Program-made: the position numbers and the translations under genes
DNA from: a bacterium
GTDB taxonomy: Bacteria > Patescibacteriota > Microgenomatia > UBA1400 > UBA12108
DNA length: 64,000 bases
Direction: 5' to 3'
Assembly (NCBI GenBank): GCA_037133595.1
Contig: JBAXNV010000001.1
Coordinates: 30,479-94,478, forward strand
The notes under the pieces: generated by a model
Databases searched by the model: none
Seen by the model: only the letters and a program-made list of their open reading frames with translations
Told to the model about the DNA's origin: nothing
Shown here: piece after piece, positions 10,201 to 19,490 of the stretch
Layout of the letters: each line of letters opens with the position of its first letter
Position numbering within the stretch: the first letter of the stretch is position 1

Positions 10201-11849
10201 AAAAGTATCTCCTCCTAATTATTCTTATCGTTGCAGCTACATTCCGGCTAATTGGCCTTACCATGGCACCTCCTGGTCTCAATTGGGATGAGGTAAGCAT
10301 CGGCTACAATGCTTATTCAATTCTTAAAACAGGTCGTGACGAATGGGGAGAGTTTTTACCACTTGCCTTCAAAGCCTTTGGCGAGGTTAAGTTGCCTGGT
10401 ATGATTTATGCAAGCATCCCAGCAATTGCGCTTTTTGGCGAGACAGATTTTGGGGTTCGTGCTACCCCAGCAATAATCGGAATTATTGGAGTATGTCTAA
10501 TATATTTTCTTGGCAAAGAGCTTTTTGGCAAAAAAGAGTATGGTCTAGTCTCCGCAGCACTATTAGCAATTTCTCCATGGGGAGTTCATTTTTCTCGGGT
10601 CAGTTTTGAGGCTGGATTAGCAATGGTTCTTACCATGTTTTCTGTTTATTGTCTTCTTCGTGCCAAAGAAAAACCAAGCTATTTTTGGCCCGCGATGTTA
10701 GCCGCAGTATTTGCGCTATATACCTACAATAGTGTGCGGATTTTGCTACCATTATTATTTCTGAGTTACCTTGTTCTTGGTATTATCAAAATCACCAAAA
10801 GCAATACCAAGACGTTAATCAGTGTCATTGTTGTCGGACTAATCCTTGTAATTCCAAGTGTTACCAACATTCTTAGCAAAGGTGGTCAGATCCGGTGGGG
10901 TACCGTAAGTATTACTGGGCAAAAGGGATTTTTTGACGATGTTGCAGCAAGTAGGGGATACACAAGCAGTCTCCCAGAGCCACTTCCACGAATTGTTCAA
11001 AACAAAGTAACTCATTATATTTTTGCACTAGCCAATAACTACATTCAAACATTCTCAAGCGAGTTCTTATTCTTCAAAGGTAGTACCAACACCCAGCGCT
11101 CTGTTCAGGGGATGGGAATGCTCTATCTATTTGAGCTACCCCTTCTTATCATTGGCATATCGCAACTTATAGGTAAGGACAAGTCAGGCAAATCTGCAGC
11201 ACTATTACTATTACCTTGGTTGCTACTGGCCCCCATTCCCTCAGCAATCACAACAGATGCGCCATCTTCTGTGCGCACACTAGGTATTCTCCCTGCACTT
11301 TTACTAACAGAAGCGTTGGGATCAATGGCAATTATCAAATATCTTCGCACAAGATCTAAGATCTTTTCATATTTGGCACTTGCGTTTATAGTTTGGAATA
11401 TTTCGTATTTTGGGTATCAACTATGGCTTGTTAATCCAGTCAAATATGCCGACAACTGGCTCTACGGCCAACGCGAAATGATGCAATTTGTAACCAAAAA
11501 TGAGAATAATGTAGATAGTATTTACATCACTTCCAAGTATGGCGAGCCGTATATTTATGCACTATTCTACAGTGGATATGATCCAGCAAAATATCAAACA
11601 GAGACTGTGGTGCGCAATCCTGATCCGACTGGTTGGGTACACGTATATAGCTTTGGCAAATTTCACTTTACCGACTTTGGAGGACTTGAAACTCCCAAAG
11701 AAATCTTAGCCCGTCATAAGGGTAGGATTATGATGATTGACGGGTTTGCAACTCTCCCTGGCGAGTACCACAGGGATTTAGAGATCAAGGCGCCCAACTG
11801 GATTATGATGTTTGAAGGTACCATTCAAAATGGTCAAAACCCCAATTAA
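10197..11849 (+). CDS. GT-C glycosyltransferase, ArnT/PMT-like (paralogue of 6057..7730)
   Basis: LNWDEVSIGYNAYSILKTGRDEWGEFLP with DE motif; conserved C-terminal segment KYGEPYIYALFYSGYDPAKYQ matching WFGEPQLFLAFYNKWDPVWYQ. Confidence 0.65.
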   Translation: MKKYLLLIILIVAATFRLIGLTMAPPGLNWDEVSIGYNAYSILKTGRDEWGEFLPLAFKAFGEVKLPGMIYASIPAIALFGETDFGVRATPAIIGIIGVCLIYFLGKELFGKKEYGLVSAALLAISPWGVHFSRVSFEAGLAMVLTMFSVYCLLRAKEKPSYFWPAMLAAVFALYTYNSVRILLPLLFLSYLVLGIIKITKSNTKTLISVIVVGLILVIPSVTNILSKGGQIRWGTVSITGQKGFFDDVAASRGYTSSLPEPLPRIVQNKVTHYIFALANNYIQTFSSEFLFFKGSTNTQRSVQGMGMLYLFELPLLIIGISQLIGKDKSGKSAALLLLPWLLLAPIPSAITTDAPSSVRTLGILPALLLTEALGSMAIIKYLRTRSKIFSYLALAFIVWNISYFGYQLWLVNPVKYADNWLYGQREMMQFVTKNENNVDSIYITSKYGEPYIYALFYSGYDPAKYQTETVVRNPDPTGWVHVYSFGKFHFTDFGGLETPKEILARHKGRIMMIDGFATLPGEYHRDLEIKAPNWIMMFEGTIQNGQNPN

Positions 11850-13073
11850 TATGAGTAATATTCCAGCTGGTAATAAGCGGTAACTAGGCAATTGATTACT
11901 CACGATATATATAAGTTGTGCAAATGGGGCAAATGGCGTGTTGGGCATAGGATACATTGCGGTAGTTATGGCCCCCACAGCCGCAACAAATATTGAGTAC
12001 CCAAATAGTAACACAAATATCTTCCTTGCCCACGCACCTAGTTTCTCCCACCCACTAGCGGCAAGTAGGGAGAGTAATGGTAGAGTTGGTAGTAGATATC
12101 GAGGTCCATATTGATACCCTCCAAACGTTTGTTGAGTACAGATATGTAGTAACTGCAAGGTAGGTATTATAACTGCAGCATACGCTAGCATCCTTGATGT
12201 TTGCCTAAGCTTTTTATACCCAATAATCCCAAACAACAATATTGGTGAAAAAGCCCACAAAGCGCTCTTTGGGTCGGTCAAATAAAAATTTATATGTGCG
12301 GCAAAATTGGCTATATCCCACATGGGCATTGTGTCAGCTATTTTTCCGGCAAGATTGGGGAAAAGTAAAGGATTGCCAAAGTTGAGATAGTTAAACACCA
12401 AAGAAGGAGCGAGGCCAGTGGCAACTCCAGTTCCATATCGAATCAGTATTTTTACTTCTTTCGTTATCAAAAGTATCAAAATCCCAAGCCCCAAGGGTAG
12501 GGTTAATGGCAGCATCGAAAAAAACAGAGTCATTCCAGCAGCAATTCCGGCCGAGATATATCGTTTACAATAAACGAGATATACTGCCACAAATCCTACC
12601 ATCATTGCATAAATATCATGGTGCGATACCCCAGCATAAGGCCAGGCAATAGTGCCAAGCACAAAGATAGCCGGAGCCAAATATGATTTAGATATCAAGA
12701 ATAACAAAGTCGCGACAATTGCCATGCCAACGCCCGATGTCATCATTGTAATAATGTTGCTAGCATAGTCGTAGTGATGTTTCCATTCGATGCCAACATA
12801 TTTTAGGGGAGTATAAATTATTGATCCAACAATCGTTTGACCTGGCTGTTTCAATGGGAAAACTTGGTTTTGGTAGCGGAAAGTTTCATCACCCTCCACG
12901 AGATTAAACCCAGGAATAGCTTGATCTAATAGTCCAAAAGTACCATGATCGCTTAACCCAGCTATAGTTGCATTTTGTAGCCCAAAGTACTTTGCGTTTA
13001 AGCTATTAATTGGGCAAGTTACAACCCCCCATGCGATAAAAAACACGCTAGTAGCAAAGCGCCAATCTTTCAT
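11778..13073 (-). CDS. polytopic membrane protein, probable glycosyltransferase or polymerase (unknown family)
   Basis: More than 10 hydrophobic helices; start trimmed to the ATG at 13073 to avoid a divergent overlap with the gene at 13102. Confidence 0.4.
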   Translation of the reverse strand: MKDWRFATSVFFIAWGVVTCPINSLNAKYFGLQNATIAGLSDHGTFGLLDQAIPGFNLVEGDETFRYQNQVFPLKQPGQTIVGSIIYTPLKYVGIEWKHHYDYASNIITMMTSGVGMAIVATLLFLISKSYLAPAIFVLGTIAWPYAGVSHHDIYAMMVGFVAVYLVYCKRYISAGIAAGMTLFFSMLPLTLPLGLGILILLITKEVKILIRYGTGVATGLAPSLVFNYLNFGNPLLFPNLAGKIADTMPMWDIANFAAHINFYLTDPKSALWAFSPILLFGIIGYKKLRQTSRMLAYAAVIIPTLQLLHICTQQTFGGYQYGPRYLLPTLPLLSLLAASGWEKLGAWARKIFVLLFGYSIFVAAVGAITTAMYPMPNTPFAPFAQLIYIVSNQLPSYRLLPAGILLILIGVLTILNGTFKHHNPVGRLDL

Positions 13074-13101
13074 AGTGTAATGATACAATAACCAATACAA
13101 G

Positions 13102-14133
13102 ATGAAAGTAGTCATTAGTCACAAACCATTACATTCTGGTAGCAAAACACGTGGTGTTGGCGTATATACCCACGAGCTAATCAATGCTTTTCACAAATAC
13201 TTCCCCGAAACCAGGCTAATAGCTAGTTCCAAGGATTATTATCACGAAGATGCCGATCTTGTTCATTTTCCTTTTTTCGATCCATTTTTTTTATCTCTCC
13301 CTAGTCACTTCAAAAAACCTACCATCATTACAATTCATGATCTAACTCCTCTTAAGTTTCCAACTCATTTCCCGTCTGGACTCAAAGGCAAAATTAAACT
13401 TTGGATGCAAACAATTAGAGCTCGTCGAGCCAACAAGATCATTACGGATTCCGAGTGCAGCAAAAGAGACATTGTGGAGATGCTTGGTATTGTCGCCGAT
13501 CAAATAGTTGTTATCCCGCTAGCTCATACCAAAGAAAAGGTACCAACGGTAATGGCCAGAAAAATTGCCGGCAAGTACAAACTACCAGATAGATATATTC
13601 TTTACGTTGGTGACATCAACTGGAACAAGAATATAGTTGGGCTAATAAAGTCCTTCTCTGCTCTTGAAGACGATAACATTCACTTAGTTTTAGTTGGTAA
13701 GGTTTTTGGCGACATGCCCAAAATCCCAGAGTGGAAGGATATCGATCAGGCAATTGAGAACTCAAATAAAAAAGACATGATACATCTTCTTGGATACGTA
13801 CCTTCGCACCACCTTCCAGTGCTTTATGCCAACGCCACTTTATACGTGCAACCCAGTTGGTATGAGGGCTTTGGACTCCCTTTACTAGAGGCAATGACGT
13901 ATGGTTGCCCAGTTGCAAGTAGCAATAGAGGTAGTTTACCAGAGGTTGGTGGTGATGCTGTTGTGTATTTTGATCCAGACAAAGATATGACACAAGTTAT
14001 TGCAGATATTCTCTCCAATACTCGCAAACGCAATTCCCTAGTGCAAAAAGGACTCGAACGTGTCAAACTTTTCTCATGGGAGAAAACAGCCAGTGAAACA
14101 AAACAAGTCTATGAACAAGTTGTGGGGAAGTAA
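13102..14133 (+). CDS. family 4 glycosyltransferase
   Basis: YEGFGLPLLEAMTYGCPVASSNRGSLPEVGGDAVVYFDP. Confidence 0.7.
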   Translation: MKVVISHKPLHSGSKTRGVGVYTHELINAFHKYFPETRLIASSKDYYHEDADLVHFPFFDPFFLSLPSHFKKPTIITIHDLTPLKFPTHFPSGLKGKIKLWMQTIRARRANKIITDSECSKRDIVEMLGIVADQIVVIPLAHTKEKVPTVMARKIAGKYKLPDRYILYVGDINWNKNIVGLIKSFSALEDDNIHLVLVGKVFGDMPKIPEWKDIDQAIENSNKKDMIHLLGYVPSHHLPVLYANATLYVQPSWYEGFGLPLLEAMTYGCPVASSNRGSLPEVGGDAVVYFDPDKDMTQVIADILSNTRKRNSLVQKGLERVKLFSWEKTASETKQVYEQVVGK

Positions 14134-14142
14134 TATAACAAT

Positions 14143-15252
14143 ATGATTTCAAAAATATTATCCAAGTATCGCCAGTGGATTATGATAGCTAGTCTTTTTA
14201 TTTTGATTACAACCATCTTCTATGGAGTATATTACAAGTTGTATGGTAGCCTAGACATAATCTATAAAGCATGGGATGGTCCAAGTTATGTCGTGGTAGC
14301 CAAAAGCTTGTACGATCCCAAGTTGGCTGTTGCCAATAACATTATTCATTCAGTTGATATCAACGAGAAATGGACTTGGCTGCCTGCCCACTTTCCAGCT
14401 ATGCCTTTATTAATTCGTGCTTTTTCATTTATCGGTTTCTTCCAGGCCATGATTGTTCTTACCTTGCTTTCATCACTCGCCGCAACACTCGCGCTCTATG
14501 AGTTTTTCAAAGCTATAAAGATTACCAAACATCCATTTTGGTTAACTCTCCCATTTCTTTTTCTTTCCCCGCGCTGGTTTATTGTAAGTCATACGGGTAG
14601 TTCGGAGCCGCTTTTTATGGCCTTGATGCTAGTCTCTTTTACATTTTTTACCAAAAAGAATATGGTTAAGTCGGCGATATTTGCCGCCTTATGCATGCTC
14701 GTTCGGCCGCAAGGAGTTTTTTTGGGGTTAGGATACGGTATAGTCGCTTTAATCGAGCTGATCAAAACCAGGCAGTTTGAGCTCATCATTCGCAAATATA
14801 TTTATTACCTCTTAATCCCTGTAGCGCTCGTTGGCGTATTCACTTTTTATTACTTTCGCACAGGAGATTTCTTTGCTTTCTTCTCAGCCATAGCTTTGTT
14901 TAAGCATTTTCAATTCTCTCTTTTCCCCACCTTCAACTTCCCCGCAGCCAATGTTGAAACATTTTGGCAGGAGATCAATGCGCTCATGTTTGTACTTGCT
15001 GGTTCCGCATGTCTGATGGTGCTCAGAAGAAGAGTTTGGTGGCTAGGAGTCATTAGTCTTACATTTCTGGCGCCACTTTTATTTATGCAGCACTCCGATA
15101 TAAGTCGTTATCTTATCCCGCTTTTACCCGTGATGTTTGTTGCTTATCAGCCAATCCTAGAGCGCAAGAGTTTTATTGTTGGGGTTATTCTCATGGCGCC
15201 TGCAATCATGCGTTACGCTCTCAACTTTTTGCATTTTAACCACGCGATATGA
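14143..15252 (+). CDS. polytopic GT-C membrane glycosyltransferase (PIG-V/DUF2029-like), paralogue of 4954
   Basis: Shared motifs with 4954..6060; multi-TM. Confidence 0.45.
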   Translation: MISKILSKYRQWIMIASLFILITTIFYGVYYKLYGSLDIIYKAWDGPSYVVVAKSLYDPKLAVANNIIHSVDINEKWTWLPAHFPAMPLLIRAFSFIGFFQAMIVLTLLSSLAATLALYEFFKAIKITKHPFWLTLPFLFLSPRWFIVSHTGSSEPLFMALMLVSFTFFTKKNMVKSAIFAALCMLVRPQGVFLGLGYGIVALIELIKTRQFELIIRKYIYYLLIPVALVGVFTFYYFRTGDFFAFFSAIALFKHFQFSLFPTFNFPAANVETFWQEINALMFVLAGSACLMVLRRRVWWLGVISLTFLAPLLFMQHSDISRYLIPLLPVMFVAYQPILERKSFIVGVILMAPAIMRYALNFLHFNHAI

Positions 15253-16310
15253 GTCAAGAGGTTCCCATGGAATCCAAATCACGTATCGTGATATTTGATT
15301 ATCTTCGCGTCATCCTCGCTTTTTTTGTCGTTGCCATTCATGCTGACACAATCACCTCATCTCCAACCAATTATCTTGGAGGTGCTTCATGGTGGTTGGC
15401 TGCAATACTCAATTCTCTTGGTAGGGTTTCAGTGCCATTATTTATTATGTTAAGTGGAGCTCTGGCATTAAGTCCAATTTCGAAGGTCAAATCTATTTCA
15501 ACAATCTTTCAAAGGCTCGGCATTCCTCTTCTTTTTTGGACAGCTTGTTATAATTTGTGGAACGTCTTTTATCTTCACAATTCATTCTCATATTCCGTTG
15601 GGCATCTATATTATCTTTTCATTGCGCTTGGCCTTGGCCTAGTCACTCCATATTTACGTAATCACCCAAACCTTCTTCGTATCCGTTATGGATTGATCTT
15701 ACTGGGCATCTCGATCTCAATTGATATTATTCATTTCTTCACGGGTTGGGGCAATTTTTTCTTTTCGATACCGATACTATGGACTTTGTATCTTGGCTAT
15801 TTTATCTTAGGATTATCCTGGAAATATAAAATAAATCAGGTCATTACATATTTATCAATTATATTTCTTGCTGTTTGTGGAGCCTACTCGCTATATATTG
15901 GGAACTGGTCAGATATTCATGGATCATCTGCGTGGTGGATAGTTCCAGCTGGTAACTACTATTGGAGCCATTTTGCCCCAAACATTGTCATCTCAGTAAT
16001 TGTTATTTGGTCAACAATCAATTACTTACGCTCTTACATTGGTAACTCGTCCATAAACAAATTAGTAGCCAATTTGGGATCAGCAACCTATGGGATCTAT
16101 CTAGTCCATCCTTTTATTTTGGGATTTATGGAGCGTCAACTTGGGTTTGAGGTTCATCTTATAACTGGCAATTTGGCACTTTATTATAGTGTCAAAATAT
16201 TCGTTGCTTTGATACTTTCATATGGGTTAGTATTAGCGCTAAAGCGAACACGTGTGGGGTCCGTAGTTCTTGGCGACATATTGCAAACGCAAAATAAAAA
16301 GCTATCATAA
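15249..16310 (+). CDS. acyltransferase family 3 (OafA-like) membrane O-acyltransferase
   Basis: RIVIFDYLRVILAFFVVAIHAD, the acyltransferase_3 N-terminal signature; about 10 TM helices. Confidence 0.6.
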   Translation: MSQEVPMESKSRIVIFDYLRVILAFFVVAIHADTITSSPTNYLGGASWWLAAILNSLGRVSVPLFIMLSGALALSPISKVKSISTIFQRLGIPLLFWTACYNLWNVFYLHNSFSYSVGHLYYLFIALGLGLVTPYLRNHPNLLRIRYGLILLGISISIDIIHFFTGWGNFFFSIPILWTLYLGYFILGLSWKYKINQVITYLSIIFLAVCGAYSLYIGNWSDIHGSSAWWIVPAGNYYWSHFAPNIVISVIVIWSTINYLRSYIGNSSINKLVANLGSATYGIYLVHPFILGFMERQLGFEVHLITGNLALYYSVKIFVALILSYGLVLALKRTRVGSVVLGDILQTQNKKLS

Positions 16311-16314
16311 AACC

Positions 16315-16647
16315 ATGTCAGCAAAAATATCCAGTCAAAACGAACCAGCTACAAAAGGTGAGTTAAAGAGAGTAGAAACCGTGCTAAAGACGGATATTAA
16401 GAACATCCAGGTTGATGTATCTCAGTTAAAGGTCGACGTTTCTCAGCTCAAAGTAGATATGAAAGAAGTCAAAACAACGATTGTTACCATGTCTCAGCAA
16501 CTAGATTGGTTATACAAACGCGAGCTTAATAAACAAGAAGAGGGGCTAATCCACGATAATCGTCATGAAGAGGTCGAAGACAAGCTGGTAAATCACGAGA
16601 CGCGCATTGTAGGTGTTGAGAAATTTGTCAAATTGGTAACAGCGTAA
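16315..16647 (+). CDS. small coiled-coil protein, unknown function
   Basis: VDVSQLKVDVSQLKVDMKEVK tandem heptad-like repeat; start moved to the ATG at 16315, after the upstream stop. Confidence 0.3.
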   Translation: MSAKISSQNEPATKGELKRVETVLKTDIKNIQVDVSQLKVDVSQLKVDMKEVKTTIVTMSQQLDWLYKRELNKQEEGLIHDNRHEEVEDKLVNHETRIVGVEKFVKLVTA

Positions 16648-16675
16648 TCTATTTTCCAAGGTTATAATAGCGCAT

Positions 16676-17401
16676 ATGTCACTTTCATTCGTTCAGCTCA
16701 ATATCGAATCAGACAAGCATCTTAGCGAGGTGAAAAGGATTTTCCAAGCTCAACCCGACGTCGTGCATCTGCAGGAAGTTTTTCGCGCCGATGCCGAGGA
16801 GCTTGCTTCCCAGTATGGATATTATTGTCACTACGCTCCCCATGTGATTTTCGAGGATGCAAGTGCCAAGTTCAACCCGCGCGGGGAGTGGGGTGTGGCA
16901 ATCCTTACCAAGGCCAAGCAATCCAACTGCCAAACAGAATATTATCGTTACCAGGGCACGCCAGTGAAAGCTCAACTCGATGCCCAGGATCATCCTCGTG
17001 CAATCATTAGCTGCGACATCGAGGTAGAAGAGCAAGTCTACACTTTTGCCACTCTTCACTTTACCTGGGCCATGCCAGTAGATGCCGATCGTCTCCAAAA
17101 AGAAGACCTCGAAAGACTCTTATCAATCCTCAAGAAATATTCTAGTTTAGTTCTCTCTGGCGATTTCAATGCACCTCGCGGTAGTCTCGTACAAACCGAG
17201 CTCGCGAGTCGCTACCAATACCACATCCCCAGGATCATCAACACCACAATTGACAATAGTCTCCACCGTGCCGCTCCACTTTTCTTGGTAGTAGATCATC
17301 TATTTGCTACCCCCGATTACAAGATCACCAACGTGCGTGTAGAGTCAGGCTATTCCGATCATTGTGCAATTTTTGCGAGTATCACAAAAGTTACCACTTA
17401 A
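16676..17401 (+). CDS. exodeoxyribonuclease III (Xth)-like AP endonuclease, EEP family
   Basis: N-terminal PDVVHLQEV (compare Xth PDVIGLQE); GDFNA; C-terminal D..SDHCAI (the Xth/APE1 SDHCP motif). Confidence 0.6.
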   Translation: MSLSFVQLNIESDKHLSEVKRIFQAQPDVVHLQEVFRADAEELASQYGYYCHYAPHVIFEDASAKFNPRGEWGVAILTKAKQSNCQTEYYRYQGTPVKAQLDAQDHPRAIISCDIEVEEQVYTFATLHFTWAMPVDADRLQKEDLERLLSILKKYSSLVLSGDFNAPRGSLVQTELASRYQYHIPRIINTTIDNSLHRAAPLFLVVDHLFATPDYKITNVRVESGYSDHCAIFASITKVTT

Positions 17402-18056
17402 TCTCGGTCTTTCCCGTTTTTTGCAAATAAGCATTAGTTTTAGAGAATGGTTTCGATCCAAAAAATCCGTTGTAAGCCGAGAATGGCGAAGGGTGTGGCG
17501 ACTCAATCACCAGGTGTTTGTTTTTATCAATAGTCGCGCCTTTTTGTTTGGCATAGTTACCCCACAGCACAAATACTAAATTCTCTTTCTTATCAGACAA
17601 AACTCGGATAACGGCATCAGTAAATTCTTCCCAGCCTTTTTTTTGGTGCGATCCAGCATCGCTCTTGGCGACGGTCAAAGTTGCGTTAAGTAAAAGTACT
17701 CCTTGCTTCGCCCAACCTTCCAGATCTCCTTGTGGAAAGTTTGTTGCATGCCCAAGATCAGTCACGATTTCTTTAAAGATATTCTGTACCGATGGTGGCA
17801 GGCGCACTCCATTGTTAACCGCAAAGCATAGACCATTGGCTTGCCCAGGTTCGTGATATGGATCTTGCCCAAGGATTACAACTTTGACCTTGTCAAACGG
17901 CGTAAGTTCAAAGGCCCGAAAAATCAGGGAAGGGGGAGGATAGATAATTGCTTCTTGATATTGTTTTTTGACAAATTCGGTAAGTTTACCAAAGTATTCT
18001 TTCTCAAACTCTTCTTCCAATACATTCATCCAACTTGGCTCAATCTTTACGTTCAT
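17391..18056 (-). CDS. ung: uracil-DNA glycosylase, family 1
   Basis: GQDPYHEPGQANGLCFAV, LLLNATLTV, HPSPFSA motifs; start set at MNVKIEPSW. Confidence 0.85.
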   Translation of the reverse strand: MNVKIEPSWMNVLEEEFEKEYFGKLTEFVKKQYQEAIIYPPPSLIFRAFELTPFDKVKVVILGQDPYHEPGQANGLCFAVNNGVRLPPSVQNIFKEIVTDLGHATNFPQGDLEGWAKQGVLLLNATLTVAKSDAGSHQKKGWEEFTDAVIRVLSDKKENLVFVLWGNYAKQKGATIDKNKHLVIESPHPSPFSAYNGFFGSKPFSKTNAYLQKTGKTEIKW

Positions 18057-18113
18057 ATGAAATGACTGTATCACATCTTGATATCTTGATAAACCCATAC
18101 ATACAACAACATA

Positions 18114-18170
18114 TTGACATTCGGGTACTATTTGGTAGATATTGATATTGGTATATGTGAGTATGGGAGG
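18114..18170 (+). promoter_or_regulatory. candidate promoter/operator and strong Shine-Dalgarno for the toxin gene
   Basis: TTGACA at 18114; GATATT direct repeats at 18138-18149; GGGAGG 5 nt upstream of the ATG at 18176. Confidence 0.3.
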
Positions 18171-18175
18171 GCAAA

Positions 18176-18520
18176 ATGGGATATTTAATAAAGTACTTCA
18201 AGCACAATAATGAAGAACCTATAGAAGAGTATCTATCCAATAGTGATGAAACGACGAGAGGAAAGATAGTTAGACAGATAGCGTATATATATGAGTACGG
18301 TATTAATCCCAATATCCCAAGATTCAAAAAATTAGTTGGTTACAATATTTGGGAGGCGAGGGTATTGGGGAAAGATAATATACGCATATTTTGTTGCAGC
18401 AATTTGGGAGTAATATACATATTGCATATATTCAGGAAAAAATCACAAAAAACACAAAAAAAAGACCTTCAAATTGGCGAGAAAAGATATAATATCGTGT
18501 TGACAGGTAATATCCAATAA
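18176..18520 (+). CDS. type II toxin, HigB/RelE-like (phage Gp49-like, DUF891)
   Basis: About 114 aa; immediately followed (14 nt) by an XRE HTH gene in the typical HigB-HigA order; low-GC. Confidence 0.5.
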   Translation: MGYLIKYFKHNNEEPIEEYLSNSDETTRGKIVRQIAYIYEYGINPNIPRFKKLVGYNIWEARVLGKDNIRIFCCSNLGVIYILHIFRKKSQKTQKKDLQIGEKRYNIVLTGNIQ

Positions 18521-18534
18521 GATATCATGTCAAC

Positions 18535-18819
18535 ATGAGCAAGCAAATAAACGATTTTGAAGAATCACTAAAAAAATATCTAAAAGATCCTGGGTTCAAA
18601 AAAATCTGGGAGGATAGTGAGGCTGATTATCAAATTGGAAAATTATTGATAGAGGCGCGGATGAAGCAAAGAATATCCCAACGCGCTCTCGCCAAATCCA
18701 TCGGTACGACCCAGGCAGTTCTCTCTAGGATTGAGTCCAATACAACTAGCCCTACATTTCGCATGGCGGCCAAAATTGCACGAGGGCTGGGCAAAAGATT
18801 GCAAGTTAGATTTGTCTAG
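18535..18819 (+). CDS. XRE-family HTH antitoxin (HigA-like)
   Basis: ISQRALAKSIGTTQAVLSRIESN helix-turn-helix. Confidence 0.65.
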   Translation: MSKQINDFEESLKKYLKDPGFKKIWEDSEADYQIGKLLIEARMKQRISQRALAKSIGTTQAVLSRIESNTTSPTFRMAAKIARGLGKRLQVRFV

Positions 18820-18854
18820 TTGCATCCTTCAACTAGTTTAGTATTATTACAGTA

Positions 18855-19460
18855 ATGGCAACTGATATTGATCTATCAGAAAGAGCGAGTGAAAGCGGCA
18901 AAAAGGTGGGGCGCAGCGTCTCCATTAATGGTATTCATGCCGTCGACATGACGCTTGAGAAAAGCGAAAACCTAAACGATCCCATGCTTAATCTCAATAT
19001 TCAGCTCAACAATCCTCTCGGTAGGCTCTGGCTCGCTATTCAAAGGATCTGGAAGAGCCAAAGTACCGTAATTGCGCTCAAGTTTACCATCCCTTTGCTA
19101 GTTCTCCCAATCGCAATTTACGTGGGGTATAGATTGTGGCAAGGCAGGGGAGTAAGTGTACCTATGAGCAAACTCGGTATCGTGCATGAGGTCAAGGTAT
19201 CGGGTGATCCACGCGATATTCTCGTACTCCCTACAAGCGACGTATATATGCTCGAATATGGCCAAGACTTTGTACCTGCCACACGCATGACCGAAAAGCC
19301 AGTGGTAGTAATCGGTACTTACAACAACCTAAGTAACACTCTCTCGGTACAAGCTATCCTCGCATACAACCCCGCCGATATCCCCACCTCTCCCATCACT
19401 TCATACACTCAGCCCACAATGTGGGATACCATCCTCAAATTTGTGGATCAATTCCGCTAA
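18855..19460 (+). CDS. hypothetical single-pass membrane protein
   Basis: One TM segment, TVIALKFTIPLLVLPIAIYVGY; no recognisable motif. Confidence 0.3.
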   Translation: MATDIDLSERASESGKKVGRSVSINGIHAVDMTLEKSENLNDPMLNLNIQLNNPLGRLWLAIQRIWKSQSTVIALKFTIPLLVLPIAIYVGYRLWQGRGVSVPMSKLGIVHEVKVSGDPRDILVLPTSDVYMLEYGQDFVPATRMTEKPVVVIGTYNNLSNTLSVQAILAYNPADIPTSPITSYTQPTMWDTILKFVDQFR

Positions 19461-19490
19461 TTTACGCACCAATGGCCGTATAATAAAGTT

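Noticed and set aside
16315-16647. Coiled-coil ORF as a holin or XhlA-like phage protein
   Set aside because: It has no transmembrane segment and no other phage genes nearby. It is retained only as a low-confidence hypothetical protein.
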